Shown in pieces: positions 55,994 to 64,000 of a stretch of 64,000 nucleotides of DNA; position 1 is the first letter of the stretch, and each line of letters starts with the position of its first letter. Made by a program: the position numbers and the translations under genes. Origin of the DNA: Candidatus Iainarchaeum sp. (GTDB lineage Archaea > Iainarchaeota > Iainarchaeia > Iainarchaeales > UBA10191); NCBI GenBank assembly GCA_030649735.1, contig JAUSFL010000008.1:1-64000 (forward strand), written 5' to 3'. A model generated the notes under the pieces. The model worked only from the letters and a program-made list of their open reading frames with translations. It did not search any database and was not told the DNA's origin.

Positions 55994-58432
55994 TTATTTT
56001 GCTTCCACTGTCTCGCTAACCTTAAACCTATACCCAGGCAGCATGAAATATGCAGTTCCATCAGCAACCCTGGCAATTGCTCCAGTGTCATCGTATGCTT
56101 TTGCATAGTATGAGTCTGGAGTGTCGCTCCTTAGGTTCAATGCCTGGATGTTTGTTTCGGCAATTCTTTGGACTTGGTAGTTATATCCTGACAAATTTGC
56201 GTTAGGCAATGTTATCAAGCTGCCATCACCGTATTTTGTTGAAATATGCGTTTTCCATTCAATATTTCCATTGGCTTGTCCATTGCCTTGCGCTCCAGAA
56301 TCTATGTAAAATTCTGCAACATAAAAAGTGTTGTCTGCTGCATCTCCACCAAATGCTGCATCATCTGGCCTGTAGTATTTTGTTTCTGGCATTGCATCTT
56401 CTCCAGCATCAGTTCCGTCAAACACTATTTTTTTGTTGAGCTGTGTTATAAATTCTTGGTTTGCCATTACTAGCCATAGTTTGCTGTCCCCTTCTCTGAC
56501 TTGCAAGGCATACTTGAAGGTTTGCGAGTTTGCGCCTTCTAATTTGAAAGCCTCTCCTCTTGGATCCCAAACTTGTCCATCAGTGTAGTAGACATATCCA
56601 TAACCTGGCGAGGTTGTGTTAAAGTCTCCAATGTACGCCAATGAATCTGCGCTTCTGGTTGTTGAGTTCTTCAAGAATTGGATTTTTCCGCTTGTTGAAA
56701 GCCAGACAAAATTTGGCCCTCGTCCAGTTATGTTGTAAGTCACTCCGTCAACACTAAGACCGCTTGGGTTTCCCAATTGCCTTATGCCTGCCACTATTAT
56801 TGAATTGCTGTCTATAATCCATTGTCTTCCGTTAATGATGTTTCCGCTGTTGACTTTAAAGTTAGTATCTGTTTTGTCGACTTGGTAGTTGATTGTTTTG
56901 CCGTCGAAAGTGAATGCCTGCCACTGGTCGTCTGAGGCATCGCCCTTGTAAACCATTGGGATTGAATGCGATACTCCGTCAAGGTCGGCATATCCTATTT
57001 GCTCTCTTCCGATTTTAATTTCTGTGACTTGCTGGGCTGGCCCAAATCCATTGAAGGTTATGCTGTATTTTCCGCCAGTAAATTGTGCTGTTTGGCTGCC
57101 ATCCAATGCTTTTGCGTCAGTCCATCTTTGGTTGGAATTGCTGATTTCAATTCCAGTCAAGGCATCGTTGGCTATAATTAATTTTGCTTTCCAATCGTAA
57201 ATTCCAGTAGTGTTGTTTGGGTCGTAAGGGAATCCTTTATTGTTGAAAATTGTCATTACTGGTTGGCTCAAGTCTGATTCTTTTCCTAAAACAAGCTGTT
57301 CATTTCCGGCCGAATCCAGTTTGAGCGATATGACTGAGTATAATTTTCCAAGTAATGGAATGTTTCGGTTAGTTCCTGGAGTTATTGCATTGAAAGCAAC
57401 AACATACTTGAATGCTCCAGCATCAATGTCCAATGCCATTCTTTCAACGTCTGATGCTGTATTGAATCTTGGGTTTGCCGCAAGAACAAGTTTTTCTCCA
57501 TCAAGCAAACTAGTCAATTCTGTTTTGGTTAAAGTTTTATTGAATCCTGCTTCTAAAGGAGTTGTTGCAGAAATCAAATTGTCGCTTAAAGTGACTTTAG
57601 AGCTTGTTTGAACGCAGTCTTGCGGGCAGTTTGAAGTGTCTTCTGTTGCTTCGCAAACGCTGTTTCCGCAAATTACTTCCCTAATGTATTCTTTTCCGTC
57701 CTTGGAATAGCTTTCAAAAACGCTTGATCCTCCAATGCTTCCATCTCCTGAAAGATAGCTTAATTTCAGCACGCAGGCTCCTGAATTGTAAACATTCCTT
57801 TGGAAGTAATACCTGCAGTTTGTTCCTTGATTATAGTCAATGCCTTCAGAGCACACCGGCTCGCCGTAAGTTGCCAGGTGGATGTTAAAGCAATTGTCAA
57901 AGCCCGAAGCTAGTTGGGCACTGTTTAATTGTCCTTTTCCATCCTTGAAGTTTGCCCAAACCCTGTGGCTGTCTCCGCCAGCTCCAATGTCAAATGACGG
58001 CGCTGAATATTGCTGGGTTTGGATTTTTTCCAATACTACTATAAAATTCTGATTTTCTTTAAGAACTATTTCAATTTCTTTTTTTGGGTAATATCCATCC
58101 AGGCTTACATTGGCCAAGTAAGTGTCTGGCTCAAGCACGAATGTCGCGCTTCCTTCAGAGTCTGTGCTTCTTTGATCTGTTGGCCCATAGTTAACTCCGT
58201 CAACTTCAATCATTGCGCCCGCAAGCGGATTTCCGTCAACATCTTTTGCCATGAATTTTAATTCAAAAGTCTGCTGTGTGCAATCTTGTGCGCAGTATGT
58301 TGGAAGGCTTGAATTGTCTTCAAGGCCTTGCTCGCAAATATTGTCTCCACAGACTGGATTGGGCGGGTTTACGCATCCAGAAATCAATATTATTCCGACA
58401 GCAAACAGTAATGCAAATAGAACTTTTTTCAA
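55994..58432 (-). CDS. large surface (S-layer-like) lipoprotein-like protein
   Basis: Same ISGCVNPP leader; carboxypeptidase-regulatory-like domain; beta-rich C-terminal half. Confidence 0.8.
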   Translation of the reverse strand: MKKVLFALLFAVGIILISGCVNPPNPVCGDNICEQGLEDNSSLPTYCAQDCTQQTFELKFMAKDVDGNPLAGAMIEVDGVNYGPTDQRSTDSEGSATFVLEPDTYLANVSLDGYYPKKEIEIVLKENQNFIVVLEKIQTQQYSAPSFDIGAGGDSHRVWANFKDGKGQLNSAQLASGFDNCFNIHLATYGEPVCSEGIDYNQGTNCRYYFQRNVYNSGACVLKLSYLSGDGSIGGSSVFESYSKDGKEYIREVICGNSVCEATEDTSNCPQDCVQTSSKVTLSDNLISATTPLEAGFNKTLTKTELTSLLDGEKLVLAANPRFNTASDVERMALDIDAGAFKYVVAFNAITPGTNRNIPLLGKLYSVISLKLDSAGNEQLVLGKESDLSQPVMTIFNNKGFPYDPNNTTGIYDWKAKLIIANDALTGIEISNSNQRWTDAKALDGSQTAQFTGGKYSITFNGFGPAQQVTEIKIGREQIGYADLDGVSHSIPMVYKGDASDDQWQAFTFDGKTINYQVDKTDTNFKVNSGNIINGRQWIIDSNSIIVAGIRQLGNPSGLSVDGVTYNITGRGPNFVWLSTSGKIQFLKNSTTRSADSLAYIGDFNTTSPGYGYVYYTDGQVWDPRGEAFKLEGANSQTFKYALQVREGDSKLWLVMANQEFITQLNKKIVFDGTDAGEDAMPETKYYRPDDAAFGGDAADNTFYVAEFYIDSGAQGNGQANGNIEWKTHISTKYGDGSLITLPNANLSGYNYQVQRIAETNIQALNLRSDTPDSYYAKAYDDTGAIARVADGTAYFMLPGYRFKVSETVEAK

Positions 58433-58517
58433 AACCCACCAACTCCTCTATAAAAATAATCCTTGAAACAAGAAGCGGTTAAGGAGTATATTAACTTTTT
58501 GTGCGGCTTTTAAGCGC

Positions 58518-60854
58518 TTAAAGGTTTGCCGGCAAATCAGTTTGCGGTTCCTTGATTGCCGATTTTACTTTAATCAGGATTGCGGCCTGTATCAGGAACA
58601 CAATTACTGCTCCGGGAATTTCGAAAAGCCTTGCCGCAATCAAAGGCGCTATCATGAAAGTTGCCGCAATGAAAATTATAAGCAAGTACTTGAGCTTTGA
58701 CTTTTGGGTCTGCATGAAATGGTTTGTTATTACTGTAGTAAAAACTAGCATTGTTATTGCAGCCAATATCAGGAAGTACAAAAATCCATTCTCTGCTGTC
58801 GCCTGCTTTCCTGCAATGCTTTCAATTTTTTTGGATTCTATTGGCAGTCCGGGAATCACGTTGATTATTGGCTTTCTTACTGTGAATTCTCCGCTGATTT
58901 TTTGGCCTTCAAATGATATTTGGAAGAAAGTCTTGCCGTACTTGTCTACCTTGAACACAAATTCTCCATTTGAGTTTGGCTGCAGCACTTGGGTGTTGCC
59001 GTCAGGCGTGGCAAGCAATAATGTCGCGTTTTTTATTGTGTTCTGGTTTTCGTCCTTTACTGAGATTATTTGATAGTCTCCAACATCAACCACTTGGCTA
59101 AAAACTGCCTTTGGAGGCTGTTTTTTCGCTGGAGGCAGTATTACCGGCTTGTTAGTGTCTTTTTTTGGTGGTGGCACTGGTGGAGTAATTCCCCCGCCTG
59201 GTGGATTTCCGCCTCCCCCTCCTCCGCCCCCACCGCCGCCTGGAGGTTGTGTTATTGTATTGTTTACGCAGGTTGAACTGCAAGTTCCCGGGCTAGTGCA
59301 AGAATCTGATGTGGAAGGATTGCTGTCGTCGCATTCTGCGCCTGAAGAGCAGTAAGGAGTTGTGCAATTGTGGTTGCAGAGTATTTGGTTTCCAGTGCAA
59401 GTAGGGTCTGTTGGGGAATTGACGCACAGCGCATTGCACAATCCTGCATTAGTGCAAATGTCCAATGTTAAAGGATTATTGTCATTACATTGTGAACTCA
59501 AAGTGCATGTTGGGGTAATGCAGCTTCCAGTGCACAGGATTTTTCCCGCAGTGCAAGTAATTAAAGTGTGAGTGCAGGAAGCAGTGCAAGAGCTTGGGTT
59601 ATTGCAAACGTCAATAGTGTTTGCGTTGCTGTCATTGCACGCTGAATTTGAATCGCATGCTGGAACTATGCAGTTTCCGCTGCAAGACAATTGAGGCAGG
59701 ACACAGATTGCCTGGTTTGTTTTGGCAGGCAGGTTCGCGCTTAAATTGCTTTCATTGCCTACATTGTCTAATGCGCTGATTTGGAAGTTGTAGTCTGTGT
59801 TTGGCGTTAAGCCAGTTACCTTGTATGTTATTGCCGGCTTGTTGACTTTTGTCACTAGCGCTCCGTTAGAGTATATCCTGTAAGCGTTCAAGTCTGTTTC
59901 AAAGTTTGCGTTCCATGCTAGAGTGACGCTGTTTGAGTCTTTTGTTGAAACCCTAAAGTTTGCCGGGGTGTTTGGCGCATTATTGTCTGCTGAAATCGGG
60001 TCTGTTTTAATTGTTAGAATGCCGCTTCTTGGGCTTTCGTTTTGAGTATGGTCTAGCGCTGTGATTTGGAAATTATAATCAGTGTTTTGCGTCAAGCCAA
60101 TTGCAGTATAGGTTACTGTTGGCTTGTTGACCTTAATCAAAAAAACATTGTTTTTGTAAATTTTGTAAGAGTTCAGGTCTGTTTCAGGGTTTGCGTTCCA
60201 TGCAAGGCTTATGCTGTTTGTGGTGTTGGCTGTAGAGCGAAAGTTTGTTGGGGTGTTTGGCGCATTGGTGTCTGTTGTTGTCTGGCAGTATGAATTGCAA
60301 GATCTTGGCTGAATGCAAGTTTGGCCTGCACTGCAGTTTGAATCCTGAAAGCACGCTATTGCATGGCCGCAGGTTGAAACTGACCCATTGGTTACTGTAA
60401 ATGCAATTGGCTGGCCTGAATTGTTTGAAAGCTGTGCATTGACAATGCTTATTCCGCTGAAATAGTTGGTGTCTGCATGAAATGTCAGTGTTGCCAGAGT
60501 TCCATTTGCTGTAATCCCCCCAGTAGCCATGCGCACGCAAGTTAATTTTGAAACAAGGCCAGAACCGACTTGCCAAATGCTTGAGTCAGTGCACCAAACG
60601 TCAGTTCCGACAATCCCTATAATATTTGCAAATCTTGCGTTCTGGAATGAAATAACGCTTCCATTGTACTGCACGTCAAATTGGAAGCCGTAAAGATTGC
60701 TGATGCTTTCTGCGGAAATGTTCACGTCAAAGTTGGAATTCAATGACGCAATGCCGTTTGCTGGCTGGACCAAGAGCTTTTGCGCGCTTACAAGCGCGGC
60801 TGGTAGAAGAAAACAAAGCAGAATTGCAGTTAAAAACAATGAAGCCTTTCGCAT
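58518..60854 (-). CDS. membrane-anchored protein: cohesin, two FN3, Cys-rich repeats, Gly/Pro linker, C-terminal TM helices
   Basis: NLYGFQFDVQYN...GTLATLTF cohesin-like segment; two AP.TP..F...LAW...YNFQI.ALD FN3 repeats. Confidence 0.85.
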   Translation of the reverse strand: MRKASLFLTAILLCFLLPAALVSAQKLLVQPANGIASLNSNFDVNISAESISNLYGFQFDVQYNGSVISFQNARFANIIGIVGTDVWCTDSSIWQVGSGLVSKLTCVRMATGGITANGTLATLTFHADTNYFSGISIVNAQLSNNSGQPIAFTVTNGSVSTCGHAIACFQDSNCSAGQTCIQPRSCNSYCQTTTDTNAPNTPTNFRSTANTTNSISLAWNANPETDLNSYKIYKNNVFLIKVNKPTVTYTAIGLTQNTDYNFQITALDHTQNESPRSGILTIKTDPISADNNAPNTPANFRVSTKDSNSVTLAWNANFETDLNAYRIYSNGALVTKVNKPAITYKVTGLTPNTDYNFQISALDNVGNESNLSANLPAKTNQAICVLPQLSCSGNCIVPACDSNSACNDSNANTIDVCNNPSSCTASCTHTLITCTAGKILCTGSCITPTCTLSSQCNDNNPLTLDICTNAGLCNALCVNSPTDPTCTGNQILCNHNCTTPYCSSGAECDDSNPSTSDSCTSPGTCSSTCVNNTITQPPGGGGGGGGGGGNPPGGGITPPVPPPKKDTNKPVILPPAKKQPPKAVFSQVVDVGDYQIISVKDENQNTIKNATLLLATPDGNTQVLQPNSNGEFVFKVDKYGKTFFQISFEGQKISGEFTVRKPIINVIPGLPIESKKIESIAGKQATAENGFLYFLILAAITMLVFTTVITNHFMQTQKSKLKYLLIIFIAATFMIAPLIAARLFEIPGAVIVFLIQAAILIKVKSAIKEPQTDLPANL

Positions 60855-60898
60855 AATATACCTAATTTAGAAAGCTCTTTGCCTATTTATACTTTTTC

Positions 60899-63019
60899 TC
60901 AGCATGCTGTTCCAAAATGCTTTGCAACTTCCTGCAGGTCTTGGATGTTGACTCCGTCATTTCCTATAATGTCTGCTGGGTCTCCTGTTGTATTGCCTAA
61001 GCGCAGGCTGACAAAGACCAGGTCAAACACGTCAACTTTTAAGTCCAAGGTTAAGTCAAAGCAGGTTCTTGCCGGGATTGGAGTGTGGGTGCAGTTTGCA
61101 GTGCAATTGCTTGGATTATTGCAAGTGTCTGTTGTCAAAGAATTGCTGTCGTTGCAGGCTGCATTGCTAGAGCAGGCTGGAGTAATGCAAGAGCTGCTGC
61201 ACAATATTTGCGGCAAAACACAAGAAGGTAAACTGCCAGAATACTCGAAAGCGCCAATGTCTGGAGAATCAATTATTGGGTTTCCTGCATAGTCGCTTGT
61301 CAAGCCCACGTCAGTTCCTGCATTGATTGCCTGGCTGCCTTGCTTTAGCTGGAAGTCTCCTGGATTTCTGAAGCTTCCGCTTGCATTAATTAATTGCGGG
61401 TCAGCAAGCCAGGAGTTGGAGTCGCCAGACTTTACAACCCAATCAGCATAGTTTGTCGAGTCTTTTCCAAGCCAGCGGAACTTGTTGTTTCCGCTTAAAG
61501 TGTCTGGCCAGTACAAGTTGTTGCTGATTTTAATTAAATTATTGCTAGTGACTGCAGGCATTGGGGTGTAATAGAAATTTCCACCGCTTTTTGGATTTAG
61601 CGTTATATTATTCTTTGCGGTAAACCCAATTCCTCCAGGCAAGTGAGGATAATAAATTTTAGAACTTGGCGGGTTTTCGTATCTTCCCAAATCTGCCCAG
61701 AAAATTCCCCCAGCAACATCATGGAATACATTGTTGTAAATTGCTGCAGGCACTTCCCCGCCATCTCCTTTGCCGCGAATTGCATAGCCTACTCCAAGGG
61801 TTTCCGGATTGTTTTTTGTGCCAATGTTGCTGAAAATATTATTATAAATTTGCCAATTGTTTGAGCGCGAGCCAAAGTTTGCAGCATTAGTTCCATGCTT
61901 TGCAACTCCGTAATGCAAGTGTGCGCCTTCATCATCATTTAAGTTTGTAAAACTGTTGCGGCGAATTGTTACGTTTTCCATTTTTCCAGTCGAGCCCATG
62001 TAATCAATTACTCCATCGCCATGCCAGTCGTGAATATTAGAATCTTCAATAAGCAGGTTTGACATGTTTTGCCCGCCGATTGCATGCGCGTCATTATTTC
62101 CAAAAATATTGTAGTGGCGCTGTTCTCCACTGTAGATTTCAACTTTACTGAATGTCCAGTTATTGTGAGCTGCTCCGCCGCCGTAAATTGCATAGCTTCC
62201 GCAGGTTACATCGTGAATTTTCACGTTTTCAATTAGGATGTTGTCAGTGCTTGCTCCTTGCGCATAAACTGCAGTGTAATTCCCGAATGCAATTTCGCTG
62301 TCAATGATTGAGATATTTGAGGTTGGTGTTGGGTTTGGGTCTGTGGCTTTTACCAATCGAATTCCGCCGTCATTTCCAGAGCCTCCAAAAAGCCTTAGGT
62401 TTCTGTATTCAATGAAATCACTTCCCCGGTTATACCAGGAGGCAGTCCAATTCCAGTAAATGTCATCCAATTTTCCAAGTGGATTGACATACATTATTCT
62501 TGCATTTGCGTCAATCCATGCGCTGCCGTCAGTATTTGCAACTTCGCTTGGAGTATTTACATTATTGTAAGACCGCAATAAAATTGGAGAATTTGCGGGG
62601 TCGCCCTGCCAAAAATAAGCACCGCCGTATCCTCCAGTTGGCGCTGAAAAGCTTCCGTCATGCAAATCAGTGAATGACGCTTTCAGCATCTTTCTTGCTG
62701 CAATAATAACTCCTGGATTGTTTGGGCAGTTTCCGCGGATTATAATATGCTTGTCGGCAGTGCCGCTTGCAAGCGTTTGGTTAGAGCCATAATTGAAATC
62801 CACTGGATAAATGAAGGTTCCGCAAATGTAAAGAGTGTCGCCCGCCTTAACGCCGCTAGCGCCCCACACAATTTTTTGAAAGCCGTCAAAAGCAGTTTCA
62901 AAACTAGTTCCGTTTTCTGTTGCATTCTCAAATTGGGTTGCAGGCCTTACAAACCAGTCTGTCGCAAAAGCAAAGCCTGAAAGAAAAAGTAATGCAACAA
63001 TCGCAAATGCAAATCGCAT
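60899..63019 (-). CDS. secreted right-handed beta-helix (pectate-lyase-like) protein with C-terminal dockerin
   Basis: AGDTLYI, beta-helix repeats, DFQL..GSQAINAG, PDIGAFEY; duplicated DLTLDLKVDVFDL / DIIGNDGVNIQDL. Confidence 0.85.
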   Translation of the reverse strand: MRFAFAIVALLFLSGFAFATDWFVRPATQFENATENGTSFETAFDGFQKIVWGASGVKAGDTLYICGTFIYPVDFNYGSNQTLASGTADKHIIIRGNCPNNPGVIIAARKMLKASFTDLHDGSFSAPTGGYGGAYFWQGDPANSPILLRSYNNVNTPSEVANTDGSAWIDANARIMYVNPLGKLDDIYWNWTASWYNRGSDFIEYRNLRLFGGSGNDGGIRLVKATDPNPTPTSNISIIDSEIAFGNYTAVYAQGASTDNILIENVKIHDVTCGSYAIYGGGAAHNNWTFSKVEIYSGEQRHYNIFGNNDAHAIGGQNMSNLLIEDSNIHDWHGDGVIDYMGSTGKMENVTIRRNSFTNLNDDEGAHLHYGVAKHGTNAANFGSRSNNWQIYNNIFSNIGTKNNPETLGVGYAIRGKGDGGEVPAAIYNNVFHDVAGGIFWADLGRYENPPSSKIYYPHLPGGIGFTAKNNITLNPKSGGNFYYTPMPAVTSNNLIKISNNLYWPDTLSGNNKFRWLGKDSTNYADWVVKSGDSNSWLADPQLINASGSFRNPGDFQLKQGSQAINAGTDVGLTSDYAGNPIIDSPDIGAFEYSGSLPSCVLPQILCSSSCITPACSSNAACNDSNSLTTDTCNNPSNCTANCTHTPIPARTCFDLTLDLKVDVFDLVFVSLRLGNTTGDPADIIGNDGVNIQDLQEVAKHFGTAC

Positions 63020-63080
63020 GGCAACAAATAGAAATTCAGAATATTTAAGGTTTTTTAATTAAGAAAGCAATTGGCCGGAA

Positions 63081-63845
63081 TTATCTCTTTTTCTTTGCAA
63101 AGACCTTGTCGAGGTTTCTTGCCAAGTCCAGCACTTCAACCGGGATTGCAATGACTACTGTGTTGCTTGAAGTTGGCCCGAGGCCGTCCAAGGTCTGCAA
63201 AGTCCTGAGTTGCATTGCTCCGGGGCTTTTTGCCATTACTGAGGCTGCCTTTGCCAGGTTTTCCGAGGCCATTCTGTCTCCCTCGGACTTTATGATTGTG
63301 GCCCTTTTTTCCCTTTCACTGGAAGCCTGCCTGCTCATAAGCCTTTTCAAGTCTTCAGGCATGTCAATGTCTTGCAGCTTGATGTCTGTGACTTCAATGC
63401 CCCAGTTTTTTGAGGCTTCTTCAACAATTTGCTCAATGTCTTTTCCAATGCGCTCTCTTTCGCCAAGCACTTGGTCAAGGGTCATGCTGCCTACAACATC
63501 CCTTAATGCTGTCTGCGCGTATTGTGAAACAGCGTACTGGAAGTCCTGCACTTTAATGATTGCGGTTGCAGCGTCAACAACCTTGAAGTAGACCACTCCG
63601 TTAATGTTCATTGGAACATTGTCTTTTGAGATCACTTGCTGTCTTGGAATGTCAATTGTCAGAATTCTCATGTCTATTTTGTGCACTATGTCAAATATTG
63701 GGACCACAAAATTCAGCCCTGGTTGCAAGGTTCCCTTGTATCTTCCAAGCCTGAATTTCACCCCGGTTTCCCACTGGTTGACAATGCGAATGCTTGCAAG
63801 GATTATGACAATTATTACAATTAGCAAAATTATTTCCAGAACCAT
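63081..63845 (-). CDS. SPFH/stomatin (slipin) family protein
   Basis: FRLGR, QQVISKDNV, AQTALR, AMQLRTLQTL. Confidence 0.95.
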   Translation of the reverse strand: MVLEIILLIVIIVIILASIRIVNQWETGVKFRLGRYKGTLQPGLNFVVPIFDIVHKIDMRILTIDIPRQQVISKDNVPMNINGVVYFKVVDAATAIIKVQDFQYAVSQYAQTALRDVVGSMTLDQVLGERERIGKDIEQIVEEASKNWGIEVTDIKLQDIDMPEDLKRLMSRQASSEREKRATIIKSEGDRMASENLAKAASVMAKSPGAMQLRTLQTLDGLGPTSSNTVVIAIPVEVLDLARNLDKVFAKKKR

Positions 63846-63921
63846 ATTCTCTGAATGAATTTTGAGAAGTAATGCTTAAAAAGCGTTTCTTTTGGCTTTA
63901 AAAAAAGAAAAAGGGCAAGAC

Positions 63922-63999
63922 TTAGTTTCTTGCCGCAATGTTTGCAAAGAATTTCCTGGCTTTTGCGAAAAAGCCGGCTTTTTTTGCCTTGAATTTGGC
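63922..63999 (-). CDS. 3' end of a basic protein entering from outside the window
   Basis: Open frame AKFKAKKAGFFAKARKFFANIAARN*. Confidence 0.4.
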   Translation of the reverse strand, partial: AKFKAKKAGFFAKARKFFANIAARN

Positions 64000-64000
64000 T

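Noticed and set aside
58131-58141. 11-nt match (TCAAGCACGAA) to the flank after the omegaRNA-like end
   Set aside because: Too short, excludes the seed region, and is plausible by chance
59190-59245. GC-rich low-complexity tract as a G-quadruplex or repeat element
   Set aside because: Explained by the Gly/Pro linker codons
17-64000. Provirus, integrase, reverse transcriptase/DGR or rRNA
   Set aside because: No recognisable hallmark motifs in any ORF or intergenic region

Overview
Archaeal chromosomal window, probably from a DPANN lineage such as Iainarchaeota/Diapherotrites (inferred from gene content and divergence, not tested). 0.9-16 kb holds housekeeping and small accessory genes (NAC, SlyD, psmB, aCPSF1, AK6-like kinase, metX, msrB) and a decayed tnpB/IS605 right end. 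14-33 kb is an accessory zone of basic orphan proteins, immunity-like genes and repeat-flanked single-gene modules. 33-54 kb is the minus-strand ribosomal/RNAP supercluster with an intron-containing tRNA-Leu. 54-63 kb encodes four surface proteins, including an adjacent dockerin/cohesin pair. The most notable unexplained signals are: (1) a 28-bp dif-like site at 26019-26046, where a TACATAA/TTATGTA motif and strand composition flip orientation; (2) an unannotated ~250-nt RNA-like element with a predicted pseudoknot (27340-27587), followed by a 52-aa gene with 25 Lys; (3) unrelated genes sharing conserved flanks like cassettes. All calls come from manual reading; no searches were run.
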